Under the pieces are notes generated by a model. The model searched no databases. It saw only the letters and a list, made by a program, of their open reading frames with translations, and had not been told where the DNA came from. A program made the position numbers and the translations under genes. Source: a virus. Taken from it: a DNA stretch of 64,000 nt. Shown here one piece after another: positions 1 to 7,733 of the stretch. Position 1 is the stretch's first letter; each line of letters opens with the position of its first letter. Location: IMG/VR virus record IMGVR_UViG_3300044999_000022, positions 22,835-86,834 of that record; one strand, 5' to 3'.

Positions 1-1
1 T

Positions 2-1717
2 ATCCCTGTCGCGCTAGCTGAGACCGGCCAGGGTACGGATGCGCTAGTTGTCAACATACCAGTCGCGCTAACCGATAGCGGTACTGGGACGGATTCTCTA
101 GGCGTTGCAGTCCCGGTTGCGTTGACCATTACCGGTACTGGTACTGACACGCTAGGCGTTGCGGCAGCGGTCTCATTCACGGATACAGGTACTGGCACCG
201 ACACGTTGGGCGTGGCCGGTGGAGTAGCGCTAACCGAGAGTGGTACCGGTACTGATACGCTAGGTGTTTCAGCTACCGTCGCTCTTACAGAGACTGGTAC
301 CGGTACAGATGCGCTGGCCATTTCGATACCTGTTGCGCTCTCAGACTCGGGAACGGGCACAGACTCGCTAGTCGTATCGATCCCGGTTGCACTGACTGAG
401 ACTGGTACCGGTACGGATACGCTTGGGGTCGCGCTACTCATAGCGCTGGCCGAGAGCGGCTCAGGCGTTGATACTCTTAGCGTCACGGCAACAGTTCCTG
501 TAGCGGAGACTGGCACCGGCACTGATACGCTGGGCGTGACCGCGACCGTCTCGTTCATAGAGGCTGGTACTGGTATTGATACGCTGGTCGTATCGATACC
601 GGTTGGGCTGTCCGAGACCGGTACAGGTACGGATACGCTGGGCGTCGCACTAGCTATTCCGTTTACGGAGAGCAGCACTGGCACTGCTACGCTCGGGGTA
701 ACTAGTGCGGTTGCGCTAACAGATGGCGGCACGGGTACCGATACTCTAGGGGTTACCAGCCTTGTCGCGCTAGCCGATACCGGTACGGGTACGGACGCTC
801 TAAGTGTTTCGGCCACGGTCTCCCTATTCGAGACTGGAACCGGCGTAGACACTCTTGGCGTTTCGGCTCTGATCGCCCTAGGCGAAGCGGGCGCGGGCGT
901 TGATGCTCTAGGGACGACAGCGACTGTTGCGCTAACGGAGACCGGTACTGGCGCCGACGCGCTCAGCCTCGGCGGGACTCCTATAGGACTAACGGACAGC
1001 GGCACAGGGACAGATACACTTAGCGTTACGGCTACAGTCGTACTGGCCGATGTCGGTACGGGTACCGATGCGCTAGGCATTACGGCGCAGGTCGCGCTGA
1101 GCGATACCGGAACTGGAACTGATAGCCTCGGAGTTGCTATCCCGGTATCGTTCTCTGAGACCGGCATAGGTGTTGATACCCTGGCGGTATCGGCCGCCAC
1201 AGGCATAGCACTTGTCGAGGTGGGCGTAGGTACGGATACGCTCAGCGTTACTGCCACGATCGCGCTAGCTGAAACGGGCACAGGCACTGCCGTACTAGCT
1301 ATTACGTCGCAGGTTGCTTTCGCCGATAGCGGGGCAGCGGTTGATGCGCTGACGATCGTCATACCCGTCGCGTTGCTGGAGACTGGCACGGGTACCGATA
1401 CGTTGGCCGTTACACCAGTTACGGCGGTTGCGTTCCTCGAGACCGGTGTTGGCGCAGACACGCTTACCGTTAGTTCTAGCGTACCGGTTATCTCAATATC
1501 GAACCTGGACGCCGTGCCGGTAGTCCTAGGAAGGGTAGATGCGGTGCCTGTAACTGTCGGTGACTTGGACGTCTCGGTACGTGTGCTCAATCGCCTAGAC
1601 ACCTCAAGCGAGGTCGTGTCCCGGCTTGATAGCCGTCCAACTGTCGTTCAGCGGGTGGACGCGGAACCGGAGGTCATTAACCGTCTAGATATGGAATGGC
1701 AGGTGTTCAAGTCGTGA
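2..1717 (+). CDS. Virion fibre-like protein with ~18-aa (V/I)AL(T/A)(E/D)TGTGTD(T/A)L repeats (5'-partial)
   Basis: Frame is open from the window start (IPVALAETGQGTDAL...); regular 18-aa repeats, then short LD(A/V)xP repeats at the C-terminus; lies in the structural arm. Confidence 0.7.
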   Translation: MPVALAETGQGTDALVVNIPVALTDSGTGTDSLGVAVPVALTITGTGTDTLGVAAAVSFTDTGTGTDTLGVAGGVALTESGTGTDTLGVSATVALTETGTGTDALAISIPVALSDSGTGTDSLVVSIPVALTETGTGTDTLGVALLIALAESGSGVDTLSVTATVPVAETGTGTDTLGVTATVSFIEAGTGIDTLVVSIPVGLSETGTGTDTLGVALAIPFTESSTGTATLGVTSAVALTDGGTGTDTLGVTSLVALADTGTGTDALSVSATVSLFETGTGVDTLGVSALIALGEAGAGVDALGTTATVALTETGTGADALSLGGTPIGLTDSGTGTDTLSVTATVVLADVGTGTDALGITAQVALSDTGTGTDSLGVAIPVSFSETGIGVDTLAVSAATGIALVEVGVGTDTLSVTATIALAETGTGTAVLAITSQVAFADSGAAVDALTIVIPVALLETGTGTDTLAVTPVTAVAFLETGVGADTLTVSSSVPVISISNLDAVPVVLGRVDAVPVTVGDLDVSVRVLNRLDTSSEVVSRLDSRPTVVQRVDAEPEVINRLDMEWQVFKS

Positions 1718-2076
1718 CAACCAACTATACGATCGCACTAAATCAGAACAATGACGAGGTCGTACAGCTGACCATTACAGAGGCTGACCCGGGAGACTCG
1801 GGGACGCTATTCAACCTGACCGGATTGGAGGTCGAGTTCTTCATCAAAACGAGCAAGAATACACCAGACTCCGATCCGGCTACAGTGAAACTGACTACAG
1901 TCGGGGGCCAGGTAGTACTCACCAATCCAACGAAGGGCATCGCGACCGTTACCATAGCGGCGGCCAATATCGCGACGGCCGGAGCTCTGTGGTGGAGATG
2001 CGACGTGGTTAACATGGGAGATGCAGCCCCAAGAAAGACTGCCGGCTGTGGCAATCTTAACATCCAACCCGTATAA
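1696..2076 (+). CDS. Beta-rich virion structural protein (Ig/BppU-like)
   Basis: NLTG..F.IK...G...VTI motif pattern common in phage structural genes; overlaps previous ORF. Confidence 0.45.
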   Translation: MAGVQVVTTNYTIALNQNNDEVVQLTITEADPGDSGTLFNLTGLEVEFFIKTSKNTPDSDPATVKLTTVGGQVVLTNPTKGIATVTIAAANIATAGALWWRCDVVNMGDAAPRKTAGCGNLNIQPV

Positions 2077-2085
2077 GGAGGTGCT

Positions 2086-2328
2086 ATGATAACATGGGGC
2101 AAGTACTACTGGCCGATAGCTCTGATAGTCGTATCGGTCGCCATGTTTGGGATTCCCGAACTGATCGCGTTGTTCACCAATCAGGCGAACACGCTATCGC
2201 AGTACTCCTGGGATGAGCTGCATGTCAGCGGGATCGCAGTTCATAACGTAGCCTGGCTCGTGAGCCTTATCGTCTGGCTAGTGTTCGTAGTCGTCATAAC
2301 CCTGCATATTTGGTGGAGGAGCTGGTAG
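2086..2328 (+). CDS. Small two-TM membrane protein
   Basis: AAGGAGG RBS; two hydrophobic segments. Confidence 0.7.
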   Translation: MITWGKYYWPIALIVVSVAMFGIPELIALFTNQANTLSQYSWDELHVSGIAVHNVAWLVSLIVWLVFVVVITLHIWWRSW

Positions 2329-2859
2329 ATGTCTGAGCTACCCGTGGAGACCACGTGGGCTCCAAACGGAACGATGACCTGGGCGACGGCACAGGACGTC
2401 CTGAACATTACAGGCCAGCAGGTCAGCGACCAGCAGGTCATCTACGCAGGGTTCACGATCGACATGTTCACCGGCCGGCCGTACTCGTTCACCGGGCCAG
2501 ACGGTCAGGAGTACAACTGGTACGAGAACACGGGCGACATTGATGCGTACTACCTGAAGCTGGCGGTAGTGTTCCAGACTGTCTGGATTCAGGCTCAGCC
2601 GGACATGATGTCGCGCCTCGACTTGGCGAACGTGCCAGCCAAGGGGCGTCCGCTGACGCTGAATGTTGGCGCGCTGCTCCTAGGCCCACTAGCCAAGAAG
2701 GCCTTGTCAAGGGTCAGCTGGCTGCGTAGCCGTGCCCTGCATGTCAGGTCGCCGTTCGAGGACCTGTACACCGCGAACTCGGTCAACTTCGGCGAGTTCG
2801 TATTCCCCTGGAGCCCAATCGGAGGCTACGGAGGGTTCCCTTCCGGGGTGGACTACTGA
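2329..2859 (+). CDS. Putative head-to-tail adaptor
   Basis: WATxxDVxxxTG N-terminal pattern of actinophage adaptors; position upstream of stopper/terminator. Confidence 0.55.
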   Translation: MSELPVETTWAPNGTMTWATAQDVLNITGQQVSDQQVIYAGFTIDMFTGRPYSFTGPDGQEYNWYENTGDIDAYYLKLAVVFQTVWIQAQPDMMSRLDLANVPAKGRPLTLNVGALLLGPLAKKALSRVSWLRSRALHVRSPFEDLYTANSVNFGEFVFPWSPIGGYGGFPSGVDY

Positions 2860-3371
2860 TGGACCCTGCGCTGGTCGGCGCGATAGTCGCCGTGATCGTA
2901 GCTATCTTCGCGTCTATAACCGCGCCGATAGTACTGCAGATGCGCTTGGAGAAGCAGCATCGCGAGGATCGGGCAGATGACTGGGAGCGGCGTACAAAGG
3001 ACCGAGAGGCTGACTGGGCACATCAAGATGCGATTGCGGCAAAGGCGGCGAAGGAGCTGAAGACCTCTAACGGACGCATAGCAGAGGCCGTAGAGGTCAC
3101 TAATGGCAAGCTCGACGTCGTACATACTCTTGTAAACTCCAACATGACTACAGCTATGCAGGCCGAGTATGACGCGGTAACGCGCGAGCTGGCCATGATG
3201 CGTGAGGTCATGGAGTTGAAGCAGGCCGCCGGAGGAGCGCCGTCACCCGAGGCACTGGCGGCCATCAAGGCTACAGAACAGCAACTAAAGGAGCTAGCCG
3301 AAGCTCTAGGAGATCGGGCAAAGCCTGCCGAAAAGCTCCCAGACTCGGAAGCGGGAAATGAGGAGCCGTGA
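2859..3371 (+). CDS. Membrane-anchored coiled-coil protein
   Basis: N-terminal TM then heptad-rich region; TGATG coupling. Confidence 0.65.
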   Translation: MDPALVGAIVAVIVAIFASITAPIVLQMRLEKQHREDRADDWERRTKDREADWAHQDAIAAKAAKELKTSNGRIAEAVEVTNGKLDVVHTLVNSNMTTAMQAEYDAVTRELAMMREVMELKQAAGGAPSPEALAAIKATEQQLKELAEALGDRAKPAEKLPDSEAGNEEP

Positions 3372-3721
3372 GGACTAGGACAGTAACCGATAGGATGGTG
3401 CTAGGCTATCTGGCCTTCTCAGCCCTAGCGATAACCGCGCTGATCATTATCGTGTCAATCCTAGCCGGTCGGACTAGCAGTGTATCGGCGTCGAACACGC
3501 GCTTGATCGCCGGTCAGCAGGCTAGTAATATCGCACAGTGTCGGCAGGGCAACGTGGTCCGGCAGCAGGACATAGCTATCTGGAACCAGTTTCTAGCCGA
3601 CCTCGCGCCCCCGGGAGTACCCCTGCCTCCAAAGGAACGCGCTGAGTTGGTGCAGATCAACCGCCTGATCAGGATCAAGGATACTCCACGCAATTGTTCG
3701 GCGGCCTTTGCGGGCGTATAA
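3368..3721 (+). CDS. Membrane protein with two Cys
   Basis: N-terminal TM; GTGA overlap with previous gene. Confidence 0.6.
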   Translation: MRTRTVTDRMVLGYLAFSALAITALIIIVSILAGRTSSVSASNTRLIAGQQASNIAQCRQGNVVRQQDIAIWNQFLADLAPPGVPLPPKERAELVQINRLIRIKDTPRNCSAAFAGV

Positions 3722-3749
3722 GTGAGGAAGTAAATTCGAATGGAGTACG

Positions 3750-3780
3750 AGCGAGATTCATCGTTCACCTGGGATATACT
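3750..3780 (+). promoter_or_regulatory. Putative promoter AGCGAGATTC-N13-GATATACT
   Basis: CGAGAT-17bp-TATACT; same motif and spacing recurs at 34403-34433 on the - strand. Confidence 0.6.
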
Positions 3781-3800
3781 AAAGATATAGAACTCGAGAG

Positions 3801-4679
3801 GTGGTTAGCACGTATACACCAGCGAACACGACGGTAACGATCCTCCGGGGTACGAGCTTCGACCCCGAGGGTGACGTTGAGGACGTTACTGCGCAGATCG
3901 CGACGGGTGTGCTGTGCCAGATCAACGCCGCGAGGAATGGGACGTACGGAGTCCGGGTTTTCGAGCCGGGGACGACGGAGCCTAGTACGATCAGGACCTT
4001 TGAAGGGGTCATGCCCTCAGGGACGGGTGTTGAGAACACTGACCGCTTGGTAGACGAGAAGTCAGGCAACGTCTTTGAAGTCATTGCCGTTATCGACCCT
4101 TTGTACGAGTACCTGCAGCCCGATCTGCAGCTGGTGTTGAAGAGAGTTACTGCAACAACTCAAGTGTTATGCCGTAGAGGCAAGGACACACGGCTTATCC
4201 GTAAAGGAAGTACCGTGGCCCGCGTAGTCATATCAGCGAAAGCGATCGTTGGTATTGAGGTTGCTACGCACGAGTTCCTTGACCACGTCATAGGCCCGCT
4301 GGTTACTGCGGACGCTATCCGGTACGCGCCCGAGCGCACAGGTGTCCTAAAGTCTTCGATTCGTTACTGGGTTGTTGGGCAGACGTTGTACGTGGGAGCC
4401 TTTGCGCCATACGCGGCAGACGTCGAACTAGGACACCGTGTGTATCACCGGTTCAAGCACCAGTTGGGCCCTGAAGTTGTCCCTGAAGAGCCGTATCTGC
4501 GTCCGGCGCTGTACAAGTACCGTACGCCGGCAGATCTAGACCCGCCCGCGACCTTCCCAGTTGCGGTAGAGCATCCGGTACTGCCCTTCACGTTCGAGTC
4601 GCTTAGAGCGTACTTTGCGAACCCGAAGGGGCAGATTCACAGCATCTCGACCCGCACGCCGCTAAGGATGCCGCTGTGA
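3801..4679 (+). CDS. Head-to-tail stopper read in-frame into an HK97 gp10-like neck protein
   Basis: N-half ...TTVTILRG...TDRL.D....F.V..V...DL.LVLKRVT is stopper-like; C-half APxRTGxLxxSI...YAxxVExG is gp10-like. Confidence 0.6.
   Translation: MVSTYTPANTTVTILRGTSFDPEGDVEDVTAQIATGVLCQINAARNGTYGVRVFEPGTTEPSTIRTFEGVMPSGTGVENTDRLVDEKSGNVFEVIAVIDPLYEYLQPDLQLVLKRVTATTQVLCRRGKDTRLIRKGSTVARVVISAKAIVGIEVATHEFLDHVIGPLVTADAIRYAPERTGVLKSSIRYWVVGQTLYVGAFAPYAADVELGHRVYHRFKHQLGPEVVPEEPYLRPALYKYRTPADLDPPATFPVAVEHPVLPFTFESLRAYFANPKGQIHSISTRTPLRMPL
4215..4679 (+). CDS. HK97 gp10-like protein (internal in-frame start)
   Basis: AAGGAAG RBS before GTG at 4215; APERTGVLKSSI, YAADVELG, PYLRPAL motifs. Confidence 0.6.
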   Translation: MARVVISAKAIVGIEVATHEFLDHVIGPLVTADAIRYAPERTGVLKSSIRYWVVGQTLYVGAFAPYAADVELGHRVYHRFKHQLGPEVVPEEPYLRPALYKYRTPADLDPPATFPVAVEHPVLPFTFESLRAYFANPKGQIHSISTRTPLRMPL

Positions 4680-5191
4680 CTGGCCCGCTCCAGCACCCGA
4701 CGTCCGCACTGGTAGCTGCGTCATGGATCTCGGAAATGATCAACTTCCCGCGCAGTGGTATTAGTACACAGTTGCCTCAGGATTCGCTGACCTGGCCGGC
4801 GTTTCAAGACCTGTACGGCTCGAGCCAGGAGATCCGCCAGTTCATTACGGTTAGGGTTGTCGGCGGTACTCCTCAGCTAGACGTCCCTGTAGCCAAGCCA
4901 GTCGTTGACGTTGCGTGCTTTGCGACCAAGCCGACGTCAAATAAACCCCCATGGTTTGCCGCGGCGCAGACCATGGAGCTGATCCGTCTTGCTACTTACA
5001 ATCGCACGCTAGGCCAATTCGGCCGGGCGTTGACGATCGGGGCGGGCAACGTAAATTATAACAGCGCGCGGGTCAACCAGGCCTGCATGTACACAGAGCC
5101 CCGACAGCTTTTCGGGGACGCTCGAAACTACGCGATCTACTCGGCGGACCTTCGCTTGACCTGGGTGGAGATTGGATACGTGTTGCAATGA
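4676..5191 (+). CDS. Tail terminator
   Basis: FITVRVVGG..., VxxxC(F/W)A, terminal Y.ADL.L.W pattern; synteny before major tail. Confidence 0.6.
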   Translation: MTGPLQHPTSALVAASWISEMINFPRSGISTQLPQDSLTWPAFQDLYGSSQEIRQFITVRVVGGTPQLDVPVAKPVVDVACFATKPTSNKPPWFAAAQTMELIRLATYNRTLGQFGRALTIGAGNVNYNSARVNQACMYTEPRQLFGDARNYAIYSADLRLTWVEIGYVLQ

Positions 5192-5751
5192 AGAAGGTCA
5201 AGGTCACGCTCTTCCAGGAACCGATCTCGGTCCCGGATGATGAAGTTCCTGTTCTACAGGGCCAGGGGCTGCTCGAGCAGGTGTACGACGAGGAGGTTGT
5301 GGATGCCCCCAAGGCGGCGGGCAGCGGCCGGCGGCCGAAAGCGCAAGATTCGGGTCAATCCGAAGAACAAGGGCGCGTTCACGCGCCAGGCGAAGGCGGC
5401 GAGGATGGGCGTGCAAGCTTACGCCCGGAGGGTCCTGGCCGCGCCGAAGGGGCGTTACAGCCCGAAGACAAGGCAGCGCGCAGCGTTCGCCAAAGGCATA
5501 GGCGGCGCGTCGCGTCGTCGAGCACGAGGGAGGTGAAACATGGCACGAGTTATTCTCGCACCGCAGATCCTACAGGCCAACGGGCAGTTCACGTTGACAG
5601 GCGCTGCCGGTGTGGCTCCGGGAGGTTCGGGCGCCGGCAACGGTGTGCAGTTCACGAACTTCCCCGGACAGACGTTCCTGTTGGTTATCAACGGTGCGAC
5701 ACTGGCGTCGGGTCAGATCACGGTAGCGGTCGGCGCTACGATTCTCGGTGA
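5188..5751 (+). CDS. Hypothetical protein; only the N-terminal ~40 aa look genuine
   Basis: ATGA coupling to terminator; V.DDE...L..QGLL motif; rest overlaps two other genes out of frame. Confidence 0.35.
   Translation: MKKVKVTLFQEPISVPDDEVPVLQGQGLLEQVYDEEVVDAPKAAGSGRRPKAQDSGQSEEQGRVHAPGEGGEDGRASLRPEGPGRAEGALQPEDKAARSVRQRHRRRVASSSTREVKHGTSYSRTADPTGQRAVHVDRRCRCGSGRFGRRQRCAVHELPRTDVPVGYQRCDTGVGSDHGSGRRYDSR
5303..5536 (+). CDS. Small highly basic protein (putative DNA-binding/core protein)
   Basis: GAGGAGG RBS before ATG 5303; K/R-rich, KIRVNPKNKGAFT...AFA motif. Confidence 0.65.
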   Translation: MPPRRRAAAGGRKRKIRVNPKNKGAFTRQAKAARMGVQAYARRVLAAPKGRYSPKTRQRAAFAKGIGGASRRRARGR

Positions 5752-5929
5752 GGCGTTCGCTGCCTACAACATCGGAGTCAGTACCGGGATCCCGGTCAGC
5801 ACTCAGTGGCTGCTAGGCCCGTTCCCGTCAGCGTTCGACCAGCCGGCAACCAACCAGATCGGGGTCGACTTCGCGACGAGCGTCGCGGCCCTGACCTGTA
5901 TCGCCCTGCAGCTTGCAGGCATAACCTAG
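5540..5929 (+). CDS. Virion protein, paralog 1
   Basis: GGAGGTG RBS; shares MARV...GAGNGVQFTNFPGQT...LGPF...VDF...QLAG with next ORF. Confidence 0.7.
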   Translation: MARVILAPQILQANGQFTLTGAAGVAPGGSGAGNGVQFTNFPGQTFLLVINGATLASGQITVAVGATILGEAFAAYNIGVSTGIPVSTQWLLGPFPSAFDQPATNQIGVDFATSVAALTCIALQLAGIT

Positions 5930-5941
5930 AGGAGGTGAACT

Positions 5942-6337
5942 ATGGCTCGAGTTTCACTAGTACCGACGATCATCCAGGCGCAGAGCGCCTCAGTTCTGAC
6001 GCCGGCGAACCTGACCACGCTAGCGTCGGCTGGGACGGCTCCAGGAGTCGGAGCCGGCAACGGAGTTCAGTTCACGAACTTCCCCGGGCAGACGGTCCTA
6101 CTGGTCAGCGTGGGTGCGACACCTTCGACAGCGACGATCGTTATCGGCCCGACCTTGTACGGACAGGCAGCGACCGGGATCGCCGTTCCGCTGGTGATCA
6201 GCGTGCTCAACATGTTGGGGCCGTTCTACTCTGCAGCCGAGCTCGTTCTGATCGGGACGAGCGGGGTCACGGCGGTCGACTTCAGCTCTGCAACCGCGGT
6301 GCTCTGTGCCGCGATCCAGCTCGCAGGCGTTTCCTAA
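5942..6337 (+). CDS. Virion protein, paralog 2
   Basis: GAGGAGGTG RBS; tandem paralog of 5540-5929. Confidence 0.7.
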   Translation: MARVSLVPTIIQAQSASVLTPANLTTLASAGTAPGVGAGNGVQFTNFPGQTVLLVSVGATPSTATIVIGPTLYGQAATGIAVPLVISVLNMLGPFYSAAELVLIGTSGVTAVDFSSATAVLCAAIQLAGVS

Positions 6338-6349
6338 AGGAGGTGAATA

Positions 6350-6943
6350 ATGGCCGTTAACCCGAACAACATCTGTCAGGGCCCAGCAGTTATCTACTGG
6401 AACACGTTCGGAGCTACCGAACCTCCTGACACGAACGCAGCGATCACACAGCCGCCGAACATCACGGGGTCACCGAACTATACGGACCTTGGGGGTACGA
6501 CCGGCGGTGTGGCCTTCATGGTCAGTCACACCTACGGACAGATCAAGGTCGACCAGTTGGTTGACCCGGTCAGCGCGCGGCTGACCGGCAGGGTGATTCA
6601 GGTAACGTTTGGCCTCCTCGAGGCGACGTTGCAGAACCTGTACCTGGCGATGAACCAGGCAGCCAACCAGAACATCCTGACCGGTGTTTCAACACTGGAC
6701 CCGATCACGACAACTTCGGCCACGCAGCCGACGTTCATCAGCCTCGTTCTCGACGGGTGGGCGCCGACGCTGGCAACCGGGATCGCCGCCAGGCGGCGGA
6801 TCATCGTCAGGAAGGTACTGAGCGACGTCAAGGCGACCGCGAAGTATGACATGACGAACCAGGTGACCTGGGAGTGCACCTTTACGGCGTACTACGTCTC
6901 AGGCACCATCGCCCCGTTTCATATTCAGGACCAGACTTCATAA
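6350..6943 (+). CDS. Major tail (tube) protein
   Basis: NI.QGPA..., DLGGT.GGV, VDQ..D, L.EATL.NL motifs; precedes chaperones and TMP. Confidence 0.8.
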   Translation: MAVNPNNICQGPAVIYWNTFGATEPPDTNAAITQPPNITGSPNYTDLGGTTGGVAFMVSHTYGQIKVDQLVDPVSARLTGRVIQVTFGLLEATLQNLYLAMNQAANQNILTGVSTLDPITTTSATQPTFISLVLDGWAPTLATGIAARRRIIVRKVLSDVKATAKYDMTNQVTWECTFTAYYVSGTIAPFHIQDQTS

Positions 6944-6955
6944 GGAGGCGCTATC

Positions 6956-7357
6956 GTGGCGGACACGGATATTCACGGCGTCGCTTCAGACGAGGACAGT
7001 CTCGACGTTCTCAGGTTCTCGTCTGAGGCGAAGGCCGACAAGAAGGCAGACCAGCGCGTGCCACTGTTCTACATGGACGACGAGGTCTACACCGTACCGC
7101 GGTTCCCCCACCCGGCAGTGGGACTGCGCTATCTCAAGATCCTGCACGAAGAGGGGGATGGTGAGGCGCAGTACTACTTGCTCACCGAGATGCTGGGCGA
7201 GGACGGCTACGAGGCCCTAATGGACTTCAGTGAGAAGGGCCGGATTACGCCCGACCAGTTCGACGCGGTCATGGCAAAGGCGCTCCGGATCGTCGGACGC
7301 CAAGACGAGCCGAGCCCAAAAGCCCGCCGGAATGGGCGACCCGTTCGCAGGAGATGA
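6956..7357 (+). CDS. Tail assembly chaperone (G-like)
   Basis: Between major tail and TMP; slippery site near 3' end. Confidence 0.75.
   Translation: MADTDIHGVASDEDSLDVLRFSSEAKADKKADQRVPLFYMDDEVYTVPRFPHPAVGLRYLKILHEEGDGEAQYYLLTEMLGEDGYEALMDFSEKGRITPDQFDAVMAKALRIVGRQDEPSPKARRNGRPVRRR
7315..7321 (+). promoter_or_regulatory. Programmed -1 frameshift site C CCA AAA
   Basis: X XXY YYZ heptamer in frame; -1 shift reads ...PKSPPEWATRSQEMMWVW into the 7354 ORF without a stop. Confidence 0.8.
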
Positions 7358-7713
7358 TGTGGGTGTGGCTGCTACTGGATGACGTCTGTAGTGATATGAG
7401 TGTGTATCATCGTGTCAACGACATCCTGAAGCTGCCTGGGGTGGTCTTCTGGCGCTTGGCTGACCGCCTTCCGGCTTACAACGGCGCCGTAACTCGGGGC
7501 ATGGAACGTCTGAGCAAGGAGCTTGAGACCGTCACTCAGGCAGACGCTCGCGAGCTCTTGTACGACTACGTGGCGGAAGAGCTCGTACCGGACGAGGAGC
7601 CGGAGGTCGAGACTGAAACTGTCCTGACGGCGGAGCAGCTAGTAGCGCTAGGACCGGCTGCTCCCGCGCTGGGTCAGGATGTGCCGATATTTGAGGTTGT
7701 GAAGTGTACTTGA
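7354..7713 (+). CDS. Tail assembly chaperone extension (GT-like, via frameshift)
   Basis: -1 frame relative to 6956 ORF; DxSxYH...LA.RLPAY.GAV pattern. Confidence 0.7.
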   Translation: MMWVWLLLDDVCSDMSVYHRVNDILKLPGVVFWRLADRLPAYNGAVTRGMERLSKELETVTQADARELLYDYVAEELVPDEEPEVETETVLTAEQLVALGPAAPALGQDVPIFEVVKCT

Positions 7714-7733
7714 CAAGGAGGTGACTATCTTCG

